Positions 1 to 11,276 are shown, numbered from the stretch's first letter. The stretch is DNA of 64,000 nt from an uncultured Dokdonia sp. (GCA_938002835.1 CALKZS010000070.1:1560-65559), one strand, 5' to 3'. The notes: generated from the sequence alone by a model not told the origin. Numbers and translations: made by a program.

Positions 1-454
1 GAAGCCATTCTTGAGCAAGGCCAGCATTTATTTCAAGAACATATTGAGCTGGAACTTGTGATGATAGTATAGTCTCATCCATAGGTTTTGCATCTTCAGA
101 GAAGCTCACTATTTTACTGTCACGATCAATATATACTAGATCTAAAGGAATACGAGTATTTTTCATATGAAATGTTTGTATATCCTGTATATCTTGTACA
201 AATAACATTCCTTGATTTGTTGCGAGCATATTACGATTCATTAGGCCTATTTCTCGGTCATAATCCGTATCGGCAATCTCAATATCTATAGATCGTATCT
301 CTTGACCATCTGCCTTAAAAAGAGTAAGTGTACCTTCTTTTTTAAATGGAGGTTCTTCATATGGTATTACAGTATTGTCATTACTACTATTTTTACAGGC
401 AATACACGTAAAAAAACATATTAGTAATAATAGGAAATATTTATGAAGTCGCAT
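1..454 (-). CDS. DUF192 family protein, 3' end runs off the window edge (not in ORF track)
   Basis: My translation from ATG at 454: MRLHKYFLLLLICFFTCIACKN...IEIADTDYDREIGLMNR...MKNTRIPLDLVYID...YVLEINAG; signal/lipobox-like N-terminus; no stop before base 1. Confidence 0.8.
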   Translation of the reverse strand, partial: MRLHKYFLLLLICFFTCIACKNSSNDNTVIPYEEPPFKKEGTLTLFKADGQEIRSIDIEIADTDYDREIGLMNRNMLATNQGMLFVQDIQDIQTFHMKNTRIPLDLVYIDRDSKIVSFSEDAKPMDETILSSQVPAQYVLEINAGLAQEWL

Positions 455-1391
455 CAGTTGTCTTTTTAGTAAGTGCAGTAAATACAAAGTACAATCCTAT
501 AAGTATAAAGGGTATACTAAGTACTTGTCCAGTGTTGAGATTAAAAATCCAATCTTCTCGGCCTTCTACTTGTTCTCTTTTAAAATTTTCTACAATAAGG
601 CGTACCGTCATTAATAATAAAAGGAAAAGACCAAATAATAATCCTGGTTTTTTACTAGCATTTGTTTTCCAGTAGAGTACAAATAATATTATAAATACAA
701 ATACATACCCAAAGGATTCCATTAATTGACCTGGATAGCGGTATGGAATAGCACTTATAATCTCTGCAAATTGTGGGTCATTTGTAAGTGCTTGATATGC
801 TTTTGCAGGTGCTTTTATGTTGGTAAGAGACACTGCGCGACGTTCTGAAATTTCATCTTGTATAAATTGGATACCTAAAGCACCATCAGTAATTTTTCCA
901 ACCATTTCAGAGTTTAGAAAGTTGCCTATACGTACAAAAATAGCTCCAGAGGCAGTTGTGATAACGACTCTATCTAAAATCCATAAGACAGATTTGTGAA
1001 GCACTTTTTTATTGTAAATCCACATCCCTATTATCACTGCAATGGCAGCTCCGTGACTTGCAAGGCCTCTAAAACCTGTGAATTCAAAATCTGGCACAAA
1101 ACGAAAAGGTAAAAACACAGAAAGTGGATCTTCCCATAATAACTCAGTTTGATAAAATAAAACGTGACCAAGTCTAGCACCTACTAAGATAGAAACAACG
1201 GCATATATAAGTAAACTATCAAGTTTTGCTAAAGGAATTTGTTCTTTAATGAACATTCTTTTCATTAAGTAAAAGCCTATAGAAAAAGCTACCACAAACA
1301 TTAAGCTATAAAAATGGATCGTAATAAATCCTAAGTCTAAGCCAGAGGTAGGATTCCAAGTGATTTTAAGTGGGAGTAGTAATATGTTCAT
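441..1391 (-). CDS. lgt: Prolipoprotein diacylglyceryl transferase
   Basis: GARLGHVLFY, GLASHG and RIGNFLNSE motifs; multi-TM. Confidence 0.95.
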   Translation of the reverse strand: MNILLLPLKITWNPTSGLDLGFITIHFYSLMFVVAFSIGFYLMKRMFIKEQIPLAKLDSLLIYAVVSILVGARLGHVLFYQTELLWEDPLSVFLPFRFVPDFEFTGFRGLASHGAAIAVIIGMWIYNKKVLHKSVLWILDRVVITTASGAIFVRIGNFLNSEMVGKITDGALGIQFIQDEISERRAVSLTNIKAPAKAYQALTNDPQFAEIISAIPYRYPGQLMESFGYVFVFIILFVLYWKTNASKKPGLLFGLFLLLLMTVRLIVENFKREQVEGREDWIFNLNTGQVLSIPFILIGLYFVFTALTKKTTDATS

Positions 1392-1395
1392 TATA

Positions 1396-2049
1396 TTATT
1401 TTGTAATTTTTTTAAACTTCTTTCCGTTTATGTAAATATAGGAACCTTTTTTTCGGATATCCTTTTCTTTTGTGACAGATGTTATAAGATGACCTATTTC
1501 TGGTTGCATATATACTTTTATTTTATGATTTTCCGGAGAATCTATCTCTATGGTATATGTATCATAACTAATATATCTTACCTCTAATTGTATGGGGAAA
1601 GTGATGTCATTTGCTAATGTTATACTTACTTTCCCTTCAATATCTGATGAATAATATTTTTTTGGATTAATGTAAGTGTTAAGAAAAATATTTGCAGGAA
1701 TGGGTATGTGATCGTAAGTATTTACATCTATATCAATAGTAAAAGTAAATGTATTGGGTGGGGATTTTGTGATATCAGCATTAGAATGCTCTAGATTAGG
1801 AATCTCAGAGAATTCAAGAATTGTTTTGTACCCTTTTTGATGATATATTCCATTTCCTTCTCGCCCTTCACCGCCTACATCTGTAGAATAATTGTAATCA
1901 AAAAAACCATTATTAAAATTGTATCTTTCTGAAGCAAAATATGACGCATTATCATCTACAGCGCTTGTATATTTACCGTCTAGTTTAGGAATGGTTCCAC
2001 AACTAAAAAGTAGTAATAGAAGTATATATATACTAGAATGGGTATTCAT
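1396..2049 (-). CDS. Hypothetical lipoprotein
   Basis: 217-aa ORF with LLLLFSC lipobox, tightly packed between yidD and lgt. Confidence 0.7.
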   Translation of the reverse strand: MNTHSSIYILLLLLFSCGTIPKLDGKYTSAVDDNASYFASERYNFNNGFFDYNYSTDVGGEGREGNGIYHQKGYKTILEFSEIPNLEHSNADITKSPPNTFTFTIDIDVNTYDHIPIPANIFLNTYINPKKYYSSDIEGKVSITLANDITFPIQLEVRYISYDTYTIEIDSPENHKIKVYMQPEIGHLITSVTKEKDIRKKGSYIYINGKKFKKITK

Positions 2050-2294
2050 TATTTATTTCTTTTCTCTGGTACAGGATCATATCCTGTTTTACTCCAGGGG
2101 TGGCAAGAAAAAATACGTTTTATAGAAAGCCATCCTCCAGATATAAGACCGTGTCTTTCTAATGCTGTTTTTGTATAGTGAGAACAGGTGGGTGTGTACC
2201 TGCAAGAACTAGGAGTCCAGGAAGAAATAAACTTTTGGTAAAACCAAATAATTCCTAAAAAAGGAGCAACAGCTATTTTTTTTATAGAACTCAT
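2049..2294 (-). CDS. yidD: Membrane protein insertion efficiency factor YidD
   Basis: [10 protein letters not shown]...RIFSCHPW...GYDPVP signature. Confidence 0.95.
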   Translation of the reverse strand: MSSIKKIAVAPFLGIIWFYQKFISSWTPSSCRYTPTCSHYTKTALERHGLISGGWLSIKRIFSCHPWSKTGYDPVPEKRNK

Positions 2295-3778
2295 TAATTA
2301 ACCGTAAATGTGGTTCCTTCACGACCATCTTTAAGCTGGATCCCTAATTCAATAAGCTCATCACGTATTTTATCACTTAACGCAAAGTCTTTATTTTCTC
2401 TCGCTTCTTTGCGCAGTTTTATAAGTAACTCAACAGTTCCGTTAAGTTTTGAGTCGTCCGCTTTCGCGAAAGCGTCACCATTTTCGAGCCCTAAAACATC
2501 AAACACAAATGCATTCATTGTGTTAATGAGCAATTTTAGGTCGTTTTCTGTGAGCTCAACTTTTCCATCTTTTACAAGGTGTATCTGTTTTACACCGTCA
2601 AAAAGATGAGCAATGAGAATAGGTGTGTTAAAATCATCATTCATTGCATTGTAGCAAGACTGTTTCCAGGCAGCAACGTCAAATGTACTTTTATTAGATG
2701 TTTGTAAGCTTTTTGCAATTTTAAGAGCTTCCATTAGTCTGTTAAAGCCTTTTTCACTCGCTAGTAATGCATCGTTGCTAAAATCCATAATGCTACGATA
2801 ACTAGTTTGTAAGATGAAAAATCGTGCAACACTTGGAGCAAAACCTTTTGTTAAATGTTTACTTTCTCCAGTAAATATCTCACCGGGGTTAATGCTGTTT
2901 CCAGTGCTTTTTGCCATTTTTTGCCCATTAAGTGTGAGCATATTTGCGTGCATCCAGTATTTTACGGGTTCTTTGCCAAGTGCAGCCTCATTTTGGGCAA
3001 TCTCACACTCGTGATGCGGAAACTTAAGATCCATACCACCACCGTGTATATCAAATTGTTCTCCTAAATATTTTGTGCTCATTGCAGTACATTCAAGATG
3101 CCATCCGGGAAAACCATCTCCCCAAGGAGAAGGCCAGCGCATTATGTGTTGCGGTTCGGCTTTTTTCCATAAAGCAAAATCTTGCGGATTTTCTTTTTCG
3201 CTTTGTGAAGTGAGCGCGCGTGTATTTGCAATCATATCTTCTAGCTTTCTGCCAGAAAGTTTACCATACTCGTGATCTTTATTAAACTTTACTACATCAA
3301 AATATACAGAACCATTTTTTTCATAAGCATAGCCATTTACTATTATCTTTTTGATAAGTTCTATCTGCTCAATAATGTGACCTGTCGCTGTGGGCTCAAT
3401 ACTAGGTGGTAAGAAATTAAATTTATTTAAGATGTTATGAAAGTCTACAGTATACTGTTGTACTACTTCCATAGGTTCAATTTTTTCTAAACGAGCTTTT
3501 TTTGCAATCTTATCTTCACCTTCATCTGCATCGTCTGTAAGGTGACCAGCATCTGTAATATTACGAACGTATCTTACTTTGTATCCTAGATGTTTTAGGT
3601 ATCTAAAGATCATATCAAAACTCATAAATGTGCGCACATTACCTAGGTGCACATTACTATATACCGTAGGGCCGCATACATACATACCTACATATCCTTC
3701 TAAAAGGGATTCAAAAGGTTCTTTTTTTCCTGTAATAGAATTGTAAATCGTAAGTTGTTGCTCTGTATATAAAGGCAT
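2294..3778 (-). CDS. cysS: Cysteine--tRNA ligase
   Basis: [12 protein letters not shown] (HIGH-like), [14 protein letters not shown] (KMSKS-like). Confidence 0.98.
   Translation of the reverse strand: MPLYTEQQLTIYNSITGKKEPFESLLEGYVGMYVCGPTVYSNVHLGNVRTFMSFDMIFRYLKHLGYKVRYVRNITDAGHLTDDADEGEDKIAKKARLEKIEPMEVVQQYTVDFHNILNKFNFLPPSIEPTATGHIIEQIELIKKIIVNGYAYEKNGSVYFDVVKFNKDHEYGKLSGRKLEDMIANTRALTSQSEKENPQDFALWKKAEPQHIMRWPSPWGDGFPGWHLECTAMSTKYLGEQFDIHGGGMDLKFPHHECEIAQNEAALGKEPVKYWMHANMLTLNGQKMAKSTGNSINPGEIFTGESKHLTKGFAPSVARFFILQTSYRSIMDFSNDALLASEKGFNRLMEALKIAKSLQTSNKSTFDVAAWKQSCYNAMNDDFNTPILIAHLFDGVKQIHLVKDGKVELTENDLKLLINTMNAFVFDVLGLENGDAFAKADDSKLNGTVELLIKLRKEARENKDFALSDKIRDELIELGIQLKDGREGTTFTVN
2459..2474. 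repeat. Palindrome copy 1, CGCTTTCGCGAAAGCG, inside cysS (AFAKA frame)
   Basis: Exact 16-mer read from sequence. Confidence 0.97.
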
Positions 3779-3837
3779 TTGTTGTATTATTTTTTATGAT
3801 ATAACGAAGTTATTAAATATCTTGATTGTAGAATCCA

Positions 3838-3873
3838 AAAAAGCGGTCACTTTTACAAGAAACCGCTTTTTTT
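3838..3873. terminator. Hairpin AAAAAGCGGT...ACCGCTTTTT with A/T tracts on both sides; probable intrinsic terminator between the folE unit and cysS
   Basis: 10-bp inverted repeat. Confidence 0.6.
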
Positions 3874-3884
3874 GAAATGTGTTA

Positions 3885-3900
3885 CGCTTTCGCGAAAGCG
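3885..3900. repeat. Palindrome copy 2, intergenic upstream of cysS
   Basis: Exact 16-mer. Confidence 0.97.
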
Positions 3901-3986
3901 AAAAACACTTTAATTACAGGGAAATGGACAAGAGTTTAATTCTTCTATTCGTTAACCTAGGTAGTCTCCACTCCATAAAAAGAGAA

Positions 3987-4307
3987 TTAGTCAGGAGACT
4001 TGATTTTTAATAAAATAGCAATATTGATAACAATTAACCCGAAGCCGACAGTGATGAAAGTTAATAGCGACCAAAGATATTTTCCTTTTAACTCATATTG
4101 ATTCACTAATCTAAAGGTCCAGAAAACAAGAAATGCTCTCAAGATAAGATGGAAAGCAAATATGTAAAATCGATTACTACCTCTAAGTCCAGATATCTGA
4201 TCGAACACATCACCTATACTTAGAGGAATGAATAATAAAATAGTAAATATAACTCCTACTATAAGTGGAATATACGTCGGTTTCTTTTTGCTTTCAGATA
4301 ACTCCAT
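3987..4307 (-). CDS. Hypothetical membrane protein (about 3 TM)
   Basis: 106-aa hydrophobic ORF, same strand as folE, fills the gap. Confidence 0.65.
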   Translation of the reverse strand: MELSESKKKPTYIPLIVGVIFTILLFIPLSIGDVFDQISGLRGSNRFYIFAFHLILRAFLVFWTFRLVNQYELKGKYLWSLLTFITVGFGLIVINIAILLKIKSPD

Positions 4308-4344
4308 TTTTGTTATATAGTTTGTTTAAAATGAAATAAATATC

Positions 4345-5046
4345 TTAGAATGCTGTTTCTAATTTGATATAGTCTAAAAATTCTCTTTTAGTAGCTATGT
4401 CTTTAAATTTACCACCAAACTCACTAGTAACGGTACTACTTTCTATATCACGTATACCACGACTATTTACGCAAAGATGTTTTGCATCTATAACACAGGC
4501 AACATCATCTGTCCCTAGTACATTTTGTAACTCTTGAACTATTTGCATTGTAAGACGTTCTTGTACTTGTGGTCGTTTTGCATAATAATCTACAATACGA
4601 TTCATTTTACTAAGGCCTACAACAGTACCATTTGATATATATGCTACGTGAGCTCTTCCTATAATAGGGAGTAGGTGATGCTCACAAGTAGAATAAACAA
4701 CGATATTTTTTTCTACAAGCATCTCTCCATACTTATATTTATTATCAAAAGTAGAAGCTTTAGGTTTTTTTGCAGGATTAAGTCCGCCAAAAATTTCATT
4801 TACAAACATCTTTGCTACTCGGTTAGGGGTTCCTTTAAGACTGTCATCTGTTAGGTCCATCCCTAGGGTTTCAAGTATGCTTGCTACATCTTTTTTGATG
4901 CTCTCTATTTTTTCTGAGTCACTAAGTTTAAATGCGTCTTCTCTAAGAGGGTTTGCTGCACTTGTAGCTATGTGATTATCTCCTAAGTTTTTATCTAAAA
5001 AATCTTGTTTGTCTGATTGTGCCACTCTGTCTAAATCTGTCTTCAT
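4345..5046 (-). CDS. folE: GTP cyclohydrolase I
   Basis: TPNRVAKM, STCEHHLLP, RPQVQERLT, HLCVNSRG. Confidence 0.97.
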   Translation of the reverse strand: MKTDLDRVAQSDKQDFLDKNLGDNHIATSAANPLREDAFKLSDSEKIESIKKDVASILETLGMDLTDDSLKGTPNRVAKMFVNEIFGGLNPAKKPKASTFDNKYKYGEMLVEKNIVVYSTCEHHLLPIIGRAHVAYISNGTVVGLSKMNRIVDYYAKRPQVQERLTMQIVQELQNVLGTDDVACVIDAKHLCVNSRGIRDIESSTVTSEFGGKFKDIATKREFLDYIKLETAF

Positions 5047-5179
5047 TTATATTATCCCTCTTTAATAAGGTGCAAATGGGTGTTTTTTAGCTATTAAAAA
5101 ACATATTAATAATTACTTCAAAATTATGACCTATTTATAGGTAATGGAACCCTAAGTCGTATTGATTTTTAAAGGCTTG

Positions 5180-5187
5180 CAAAGATA
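5180..5187 (-). promoter_or_regulatory. Bacteroidota sigma-A -7 element TATCTTTG upstream of folE
   Basis: Matches TAnnTTTG in intergenic DNA, correct orientation. Confidence 0.5.
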
Positions 5188-5200
5188 ACAAATTAGTGAG

Positions 5201-5899
5201 TTAATTTATGGATTGTAATTGCTGTATCACTTGGTCTCTATAGCTTCGACTTATAGGAATTGCTTTTTTTGCAATAGTGATGTGCTCATATGTGAAGCTT
5301 GAGATTTTTTCTACAGCGACAATAAAGGATCTATGTATGCGTAAAAATAGATGTGATGGCATTTTTTCTAAGACAGTTTTCATTGTCTCACGAGTAATAA
5401 CGACCTCTTTTAAAGTATGAATTTTTAAATAGTCTCCTATGCTTTCTATATATAAAATATCTTGAAAGTTAACTTTTATCATCTTGCGCTCTGATCTAAA
5501 AAACGTGAAAGTAGATTTGTTTTCAAGAGTAGGTTTTGTGATTACTTCTTTATAAAATTTTTGTAATGCTTTTATTAATCTTTCTAGTGATATAGGTTTA
5601 AGAAGATAATCTACCGCTTGTAGGTCAAAACCTTCTACTGCATATTCTCTGTATGCAGTGGTAAAAATAATCTTGGTATTTCCTTGAATAGCACGAGCAA
5701 ACATTAACCCTGTGATTTCTGGCATATTAATGTCTAAAAAGATGAGATCTATTTCTTGATTACATAGAATACTAAATCCTTGAGTTGCACTTTTACAACT
5801 TTCGATAAGATTGATTTGGTCAATTTTAGAGAGATGTGTTTCTAAAATCTCTCTAGCCATAGGCTCATCATCTATTAGTATTGCATTGTAAATCTTCAT
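5201..5899 (-). CDS. LytTR-family response regulator (start revised to ATG 5899, overlapping the kinase stop)
   Basis: REC domain (IDDEP, LIFLDINMP, FTTAY, DYLLKP) plus LytTR domain (FLRIHRSFIV). Confidence 0.93.
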   Translation of the reverse strand: MKIYNAILIDDEPMAREILETHLSKIDQINLIESCKSATQGFSILCNQEIDLIFLDINMPEITGLMFARAIQGNTKIIFTTAYREYAVEGFDLQAVDYLLKPISLERLIKALQKFYKEVITKPTLENKSTFTFFRSERKMIKVNFQDILYIESIGDYLKIHTLKEVVITRETMKTVLEKMPSHLFLRIHRSFIVAVEKISSFTYEHITIAKKAIPISRSYRDQVIQQLQSIN

Positions 5900-6948
5900 T
5901 ATGTTAACGTGATTTCTAGATGGAGATAAAACCAATTTTCTTTTTTCTTAGTTGTAAGTATAAAGTGATTAGGATAAATAGCTTCTAGTCGCTTTTTACT
6001 GTTTTCTAACCCTAAACCGTGATTTTCTGTTTGAGTTTTTAAGTAATTAATAGTATTCTTTATTTTAAAAATAAGCTTTTCATTTGAGACGTTGAGCTTA
6101 ATATCTACTTCTATAAAATCTTCAATGATACTGCCGTGCTTAAACGCGTTTTCGATAAAGGCTATAAATAACATAGGAGGGACCTCAATATCTTTTTTTA
6201 TAATATGATTGAAATTAACTTTAAGCAAATCCTTAAATCTCACGTGTTCTAATCCTATATACGATTGTATATATCTTACCTCTTCTGTAATTGAAACCTT
6301 AGGTTTGTCTATTTGATTAAGTGTGTAATCTAATAAATTGGAAAGCTTTAATATAAGATCAGGAGTGTCTTTAGACTCTTGTAAGGCAGCACCATAAATG
6401 GTATTAAGTGTATTAAACAAAAAATGAGGGTGTATTTGTTTTTTTAGAAGAGAGAGTTCTCTTTTTTTTAATAAAAGTTCACCTTCTAACAGTTTTTTTT
6501 CTAAGAGTGTATTTTGATTTGTTGTTTTGTAACTATGTTTTAATAACTCTGCAAATGAAAACAAACCAACGACAAGATAAACCAGTATAAAGACAAATAG
6601 AAAATTACGAGTTAATAATGGCATATTATTCATATCATAATTGAACAAAAAAATAAAATTGATGAATGTCAGAATTATAATGAGAAATAAAGATCCTATT
6701 ATAGTATAAACCAGATAAAAACCAAATCGCACATATTTTTTTTTTAATAGATATGTAGGTGTTAAATGGTAAGCAATTGTATATGTAGCTATTATGGTTA
6801 TGGGTAATAAGCTAGATGCAAATGTGATGGTAAAATTTTCATTATTAGAAGAATAGCTAAAGAAATATATGTAAAATAACCATACAAGTAACCATAGAGT
6901 TAGATGTAAAGGAATTAATGTTATTCTTTTAAGAAGTACTTTGAGCAT
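5899..6948 (-). CDS. LytS/YehU-type sensor histidine kinase
   Basis: 4 TM segments, QIHPHFLFNTLN H-box, FIENAFKHG, HGLGLEN. Confidence 0.93.
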   Translation of the reverse strand: MLKVLLKRITLIPLHLTLWLLVWLFYIYFFSYSSNNENFTITFASSLLPITIIATYTIAYHLTPTYLLKKKYVRFGFYLVYTIIGSLFLIIILTFINFIFLFNYDMNNMPLLTRNFLFVFILVYLVVGLFSFAELLKHSYKTTNQNTLLEKKLLEGELLLKKRELSLLKKQIHPHFLFNTLNTIYGAALQESKDTPDLILKLSNLLDYTLNQIDKPKVSITEEVRYIQSYIGLEHVRFKDLLKVNFNHIIKKDIEVPPMLFIAFIENAFKHGSIIEDFIEVDIKLNVSNEKLIFKIKNTINYLKTQTENHGLGLENSKKRLEAIYPNHFILTTKKKENWFYLHLEITLT

Positions 6949-7181
6949 TTTACAAAGATTGTAATTTTTAGGTCTTTGTATGTAAATAAGCGATAAATAA
7001 CATCTTTAACCTTATATATTACCTAATATTTAATGGATTTGTATTTCAAGTTGTTAAATATGTTGATTATGCTTTTTATTCCTGGGTTAGTCGCTTTATT
7101 CTTTTTGGGAATGAATAGTAGGATAATTTTACGGCAACAAATTTATTATATATACCAATTGAACAAATACAATTTTATAAA

Positions 7182-8630
7182 ATGAGAACTTTTGAAATCA
7201 TCTTACTTGTTATTTGTACACTTATGCCTTTAATGTGCTTTAAAAGAATGTCATTTACTACAAGATGTGTAGCTTCCATAAGTCTCATTGTAATATTAGT
7301 CTTGCATTATACTATAGAAGGGCATCGATGGCAAATGTATTTAGCATACATTATAATTGTATGTAGTGTTTTCTTTTTAATTAGGAATAAAAAAATAAAT
7401 ATCACCAGTATTTTCAAGAAGATAATTTTAAGCTTTTTATATTTAGTAATATTAGGATTTACTTGGTTATTCCCAGTAGTATTACCAGTTTTTGAATTGC
7501 CCGAATTGAAAGGTGAATACAGTATTGGTTCTCGTGAGATTTATTTTAAAGGAGTATATAATGAAGTTATAACTCCTGATAAAGATGACAAAAGAGAGTT
7601 AAAGCTTAAAGTATGGTACCCGGCAGATGTTAACAAGGAACCTAGAGATGTTTATCTTGATGAGGCAGAAAGATCAGGGCTTGGAGTAAAATATGGACTT
7701 CCTAAAAGTACATTTAGTTACCTTGATCAAGTTGAAACAAATACATTTAAAGAGCCCCCAGTTGTTTCAGGTAAATTCCCAACTCTTGTTTTTTCACACG
7801 GACAATATTCAAATGCCACAGCTTATTATTCAATTTTAGAACAAATTGCAAGCCAGGGTTATATAATTGTAGTAATCAATCATACCTATGAAAGTGTTGC
7901 TACAAAATTCTCAGAAGATCAAATCGTCTATTTTGATAAGGAGTTTGATGCTAGAAATATAAACAAAGAAATGAGAGACTTAGCTTGGTCTAAAAACCAA
8001 GAGTTCTTAAATGCAGATTCTCAAGAGTTGAAAGAAGTGATTGTTAAAAGTTTAATAGATAATTATGTAGCGTCTGAGATAACTAAGCGTTGGAGTAAGG
8101 ATATTAGTGCGGTAGTGAGCTACCTAGAGACACTCAATGATTCTAAGTTTTTTCGAGGACATATTGATCTTGACAAAATAGGACTGTTAGGTCATTCTCA
8201 AGGTGGAGCAGCAATAGTAGAGACTTTACTGGATAATGATGGGATTATTGCAGGAGTTAATTTAGACGGTGTTCAATGGGGGTCTGTAATTCACAAGACT
8301 ATAGAACAGCCTCTATTACTATTATCTTCAGATTGGCCAGAATATCATCCAGATTATAATGCTATTATTTATAACGATAAGACAGTAAAATCTTTTGAAA
8401 GCATTGTATTAAAAGAGTCTGGACATTCTAGCTTTATGGACATTCCTTATGTTATCAATATTCCAGGTATAAATGAGGCGGGAACAATTGATAAAATTGA
8501 AGCCAGTACAATCATTTCCGATTTAATTGTTTCTTTTTTTAATGTTCATATGAAAGAGGAGCAAGAGGCTTGGAATGAAATGATTTCAGAAAAATCAGAA
8601 TCTATTATAGTTAAAAAAAGAATTTTATAA
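7182..8630 (+). CDS. Membrane-anchored alpha/beta hydrolase (PAF-acetylhydrolase-like)
   Basis: N-terminal TM helices, FSHG, GHSQGG nucleophile elbow, NLDG, H near C-terminus. Confidence 0.85.
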   Translation: MRTFEIILLVICTLMPLMCFKRMSFTTRCVASISLIVILVLHYTIEGHRWQMYLAYIIIVCSVFFLIRNKKINITSIFKKIILSFLYLVILGFTWLFPVVLPVFELPELKGEYSIGSREIYFKGVYNEVITPDKDDKRELKLKVWYPADVNKEPRDVYLDEAERSGLGVKYGLPKSTFSYLDQVETNTFKEPPVVSGKFPTLVFSHGQYSNATAYYSILEQIASQGYIIVVINHTYESVATKFSEDQIVYFDKEFDARNINKEMRDLAWSKNQEFLNADSQELKEVIVKSLIDNYVASEITKRWSKDISAVVSYLETLNDSKFFRGHIDLDKIGLLGHSQGGAAIVETLLDNDGIIAGVNLDGVQWGSVIHKTIEQPLLLLSSDWPEYHPDYNAIIYNDKTVKSFESIVLKESGHSSFMDIPYVINIPGINEAGTIDKIEASTIISDLIVSFFNVHMKEEQEAWNEMISEKSESIIVKKRIL

Positions 8631-8673
8631 CTTAAAAATGCTCAGCAGTATATTAACCTTAAAATTAAATATT

Positions 8674-9042
8674 ATGTCACAAATTTTTGATCGTATTAAT
8701 GAAGGAGGACCTGTATTTATGGTCCCTATTCTAATTGTGTTGCTCGCTGTTATTACTCTATTTGTTCTTGGTCTAATAGGTAAAAAGAACATTAGAGATA
8801 CTATAGAGCTTAATGGTCATTTAAGTTTATTTGCTTTAATGTGGGGACTCTTAGGATCTACATTAGGACTCATTCAAGCTTTTGATGCAATAGAAGGAAG
8901 TGGAGAGATATCACAACCTATAATGGCAGGAGGTCTCAAAGTTGCTTTGTTAACAACAGTTTTTGGGCTATTTTGCTTTGTAATTGCAAGAGTTACAATG
9001 ATAGTACTCACTATAAAAATACAACGAGCAGAAGTACTTTAA
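8674..9042 (+). CDS. Small MotA/TolQ/ExbB-like membrane protein (start revised from 8638)
   Basis: EGGPVFM, GLLGSTLGLIQAF, AGGLKVALLTT motifs. Confidence 0.75.
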   Translation: MSQIFDRINEGGPVFMVPILIVLLAVITLFVLGLIGKKNIRDTIELNGHLSLFALMWGLLGSTLGLIQAFDAIEGSGEISQPIMAGGLKVALLTTVFGLFCFVIARVTMIVLTIKIQRAEVL

Positions 9043-9884
9043 AAAGTACCAGTAATTCCGGCACGTCCTAAACCTACATTAAAATTCCAAGTAATACCAT
9101 TGTTTTTGGTTCCGTCTGGATAAAGGTTTTTCTGGCTCATATAATTGTCTATACTATCTACAATAAGAATACTTAATGCAGAACTTAAGGCAATATCTGT
9201 GAGCCAGTGAGCACCTTTCCATAAACGTTGAAGAGGAGCAATAGATCCTACAGTGTAAATCCCTGCTTTTATCCAGGTGTTATCAAACTGCTTTGCAACA
9301 GAATGTGCTACAGTTACCGAAAGAATAGTATGTCCAGAAGGAAAAGCACGCCATCTTGAACTTCCACTAAAAGGATTGAAGTCAAATTTTCCAAGTTCGC
9401 TTTGCGGTCTAGCGCGTCCCACACTTGTTTTTAAAACCGTCTGTAAAAGACCAGCAGCAACAGCAGACGAAGTCATAAGTGCACCAGTTTTACGTACTTT
9501 TTCATTTTTTGTAATAAGTCCAAAAAGATAAGTTCCAGCAGTAATTCCATAAGCCACTTGCGGACTCCCAAAACGTTCTCCAAACTCATTTAAAATCTCA
9601 GGAACATTATCTCTTTGATTTCTAAAAAAAGTACTAGTCTCATCGTCTACAAAGTAAAGTAGTGCTGTACCACCTACAACAGTTCCAGCAACAATCCAGT
9701 CGTCACCTTTCCAACGAGTAGGGCCTAAGTATGTGTGACCTATACCTCCTACGATGGCTTTTGTGTCATATACAGCAAGTTTCCAAATGCTTAATGTGTC
9801 TTGTGCTTGAGAAGAAATAGCCGTTTGTGCTTTGCAAAAAATGCTAAATGTACATACTAACAATAAAGTAAATATAGATTTCAT
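9039..9884 (-). CDS. PAP2-family phosphatase (start revised from 9950)
   Basis: KTSVGRARP, FPSGHT, RLWKGAHWLTD; signal peptide from MKSIF. Confidence 0.88.
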   Translation of the reverse strand: MKSIFTLLLVCTFSIFCKAQTAISSQAQDTLSIWKLAVYDTKAIVGGIGHTYLGPTRWKGDDWIVAGTVVGGTALLYFVDDETSTFFRNQRDNVPEILNEFGERFGSPQVAYGITAGTYLFGLITKNEKVRKTGALMTSSAVAAGLLQTVLKTSVGRARPQSELGKFDFNPFSGSSRWRAFPSGHTILSVTVAHSVAKQFDNTWIKAGIYTVGSIAPLQRLWKGAHWLTDIALSSALSILIVDSIDNYMSQKNLYPDGTKNNGITWNFNVGLGRAGITGTF

Positions 9885-9918
9885 TATATATAATATGTTA
9901 GTAAATATGCGAGTTAGA

Positions 9919-10659
<741 letters not shown>

Positions 10660-10725
10660 AAGTCGTAAATATACGGAATGCTTTGTTGCTTGTTTAAAAA
10701 GATCTTTTAGAAAAGTAATATGCCA

Positions 10726-10920
10726 TCACTCCTTTTTTTTTGTATTATAACGTTTAAAAATAAAAGACATTATAGTAGCAAATAAAATCCCTTGAATGAG
10801 AATCCCAATCCAGTCTATAGGGTCTTTACTATAGTAGTTAAATAAAAAAAGACCCAAAGAATGAAAGGTAAAAAACCAAATAAAAAAAATAAAAAATTTA
10901 TTGACTTTCATTTTTTTCAT
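10726..10920 (-). CDS. Small hypothetical 2-TM membrane protein (start uncertain: 10941, 10920 or 10911)
   Basis: Hydrophobic ORF overlapping the upstream stop, co-oriented with the operon. Confidence 0.5.
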   Translation of the reverse strand: MKKMKVNKFFIFFIWFFTFHSLGLFLFNYYSKDPIDWIGILIQGILFATIMSFIFKRYNTKKKE

Positions 10921-11254
10921 CCAGCGCCTCCCAATATTCATAAGCTTTTCTTAAGTGAGGAATTACAATAGTTCCTCCAATAAGTGTTCCTATACTTAAG
11001 GTTTCCATTACCTCTTCTTTAGTAACATTTTCATTATAACAGCTTTCTAAGTGATATTTTATGCAGTCATCACAGCGAAGCACTGTAGATGCAATAAGAC
11101 CTAAAAGTTCTTTAGTCTTTACATCAAGTGCTCCTTTTGAAAAAGCATTGGTATCTAGATTAAAAATGCGTTTGACAATTTTGTTATTATCTGCTAGTAT
11201 TTTGTCGTTCATTTTAGAACGATACTCGTTAAAATCATCTACAATATTGCTCAT
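10898..11254 (-). CDS. Carboxymuconolactone decarboxylase/AhpD-like protein
   Basis: KELLGLIAS...RCDDCIKYH with CxxC. Confidence 0.88.
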   Translation of the reverse strand: MSNIVDDFNEYRSKMNDKILADNNKIVKRIFNLDTNAFSKGALDVKTKELLGLIASTVLRCDDCIKYHLESCYNENVTKEEVMETLSIGTLIGGTIVIPHLRKAYEYWEALDEKNESQ

Positions 11255-11276
11255 TGGTGTGCTTGTATATTTGTTA

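Noticed and set aside
5047-5175. Possible riboswitch in the roughly 125-nt folE leader
   Set aside because: Only an AT-rich 9-bp stem (5081-5103); I recognise no riboswitch consensus. An Rfam scan would settle it.
6142-6151. AAACGCGTTT, an inverted look-alike of the motif centre
   Set aside because: Single occurrence encoding the conserved ENAFKHG kinase N-box.
6949-7181. LytTR direct-repeat binding boxes in the divergent promoter region
   Set aside because: Only low-complexity AT repeats (TAAATAA) seen; not distinguishable from background.
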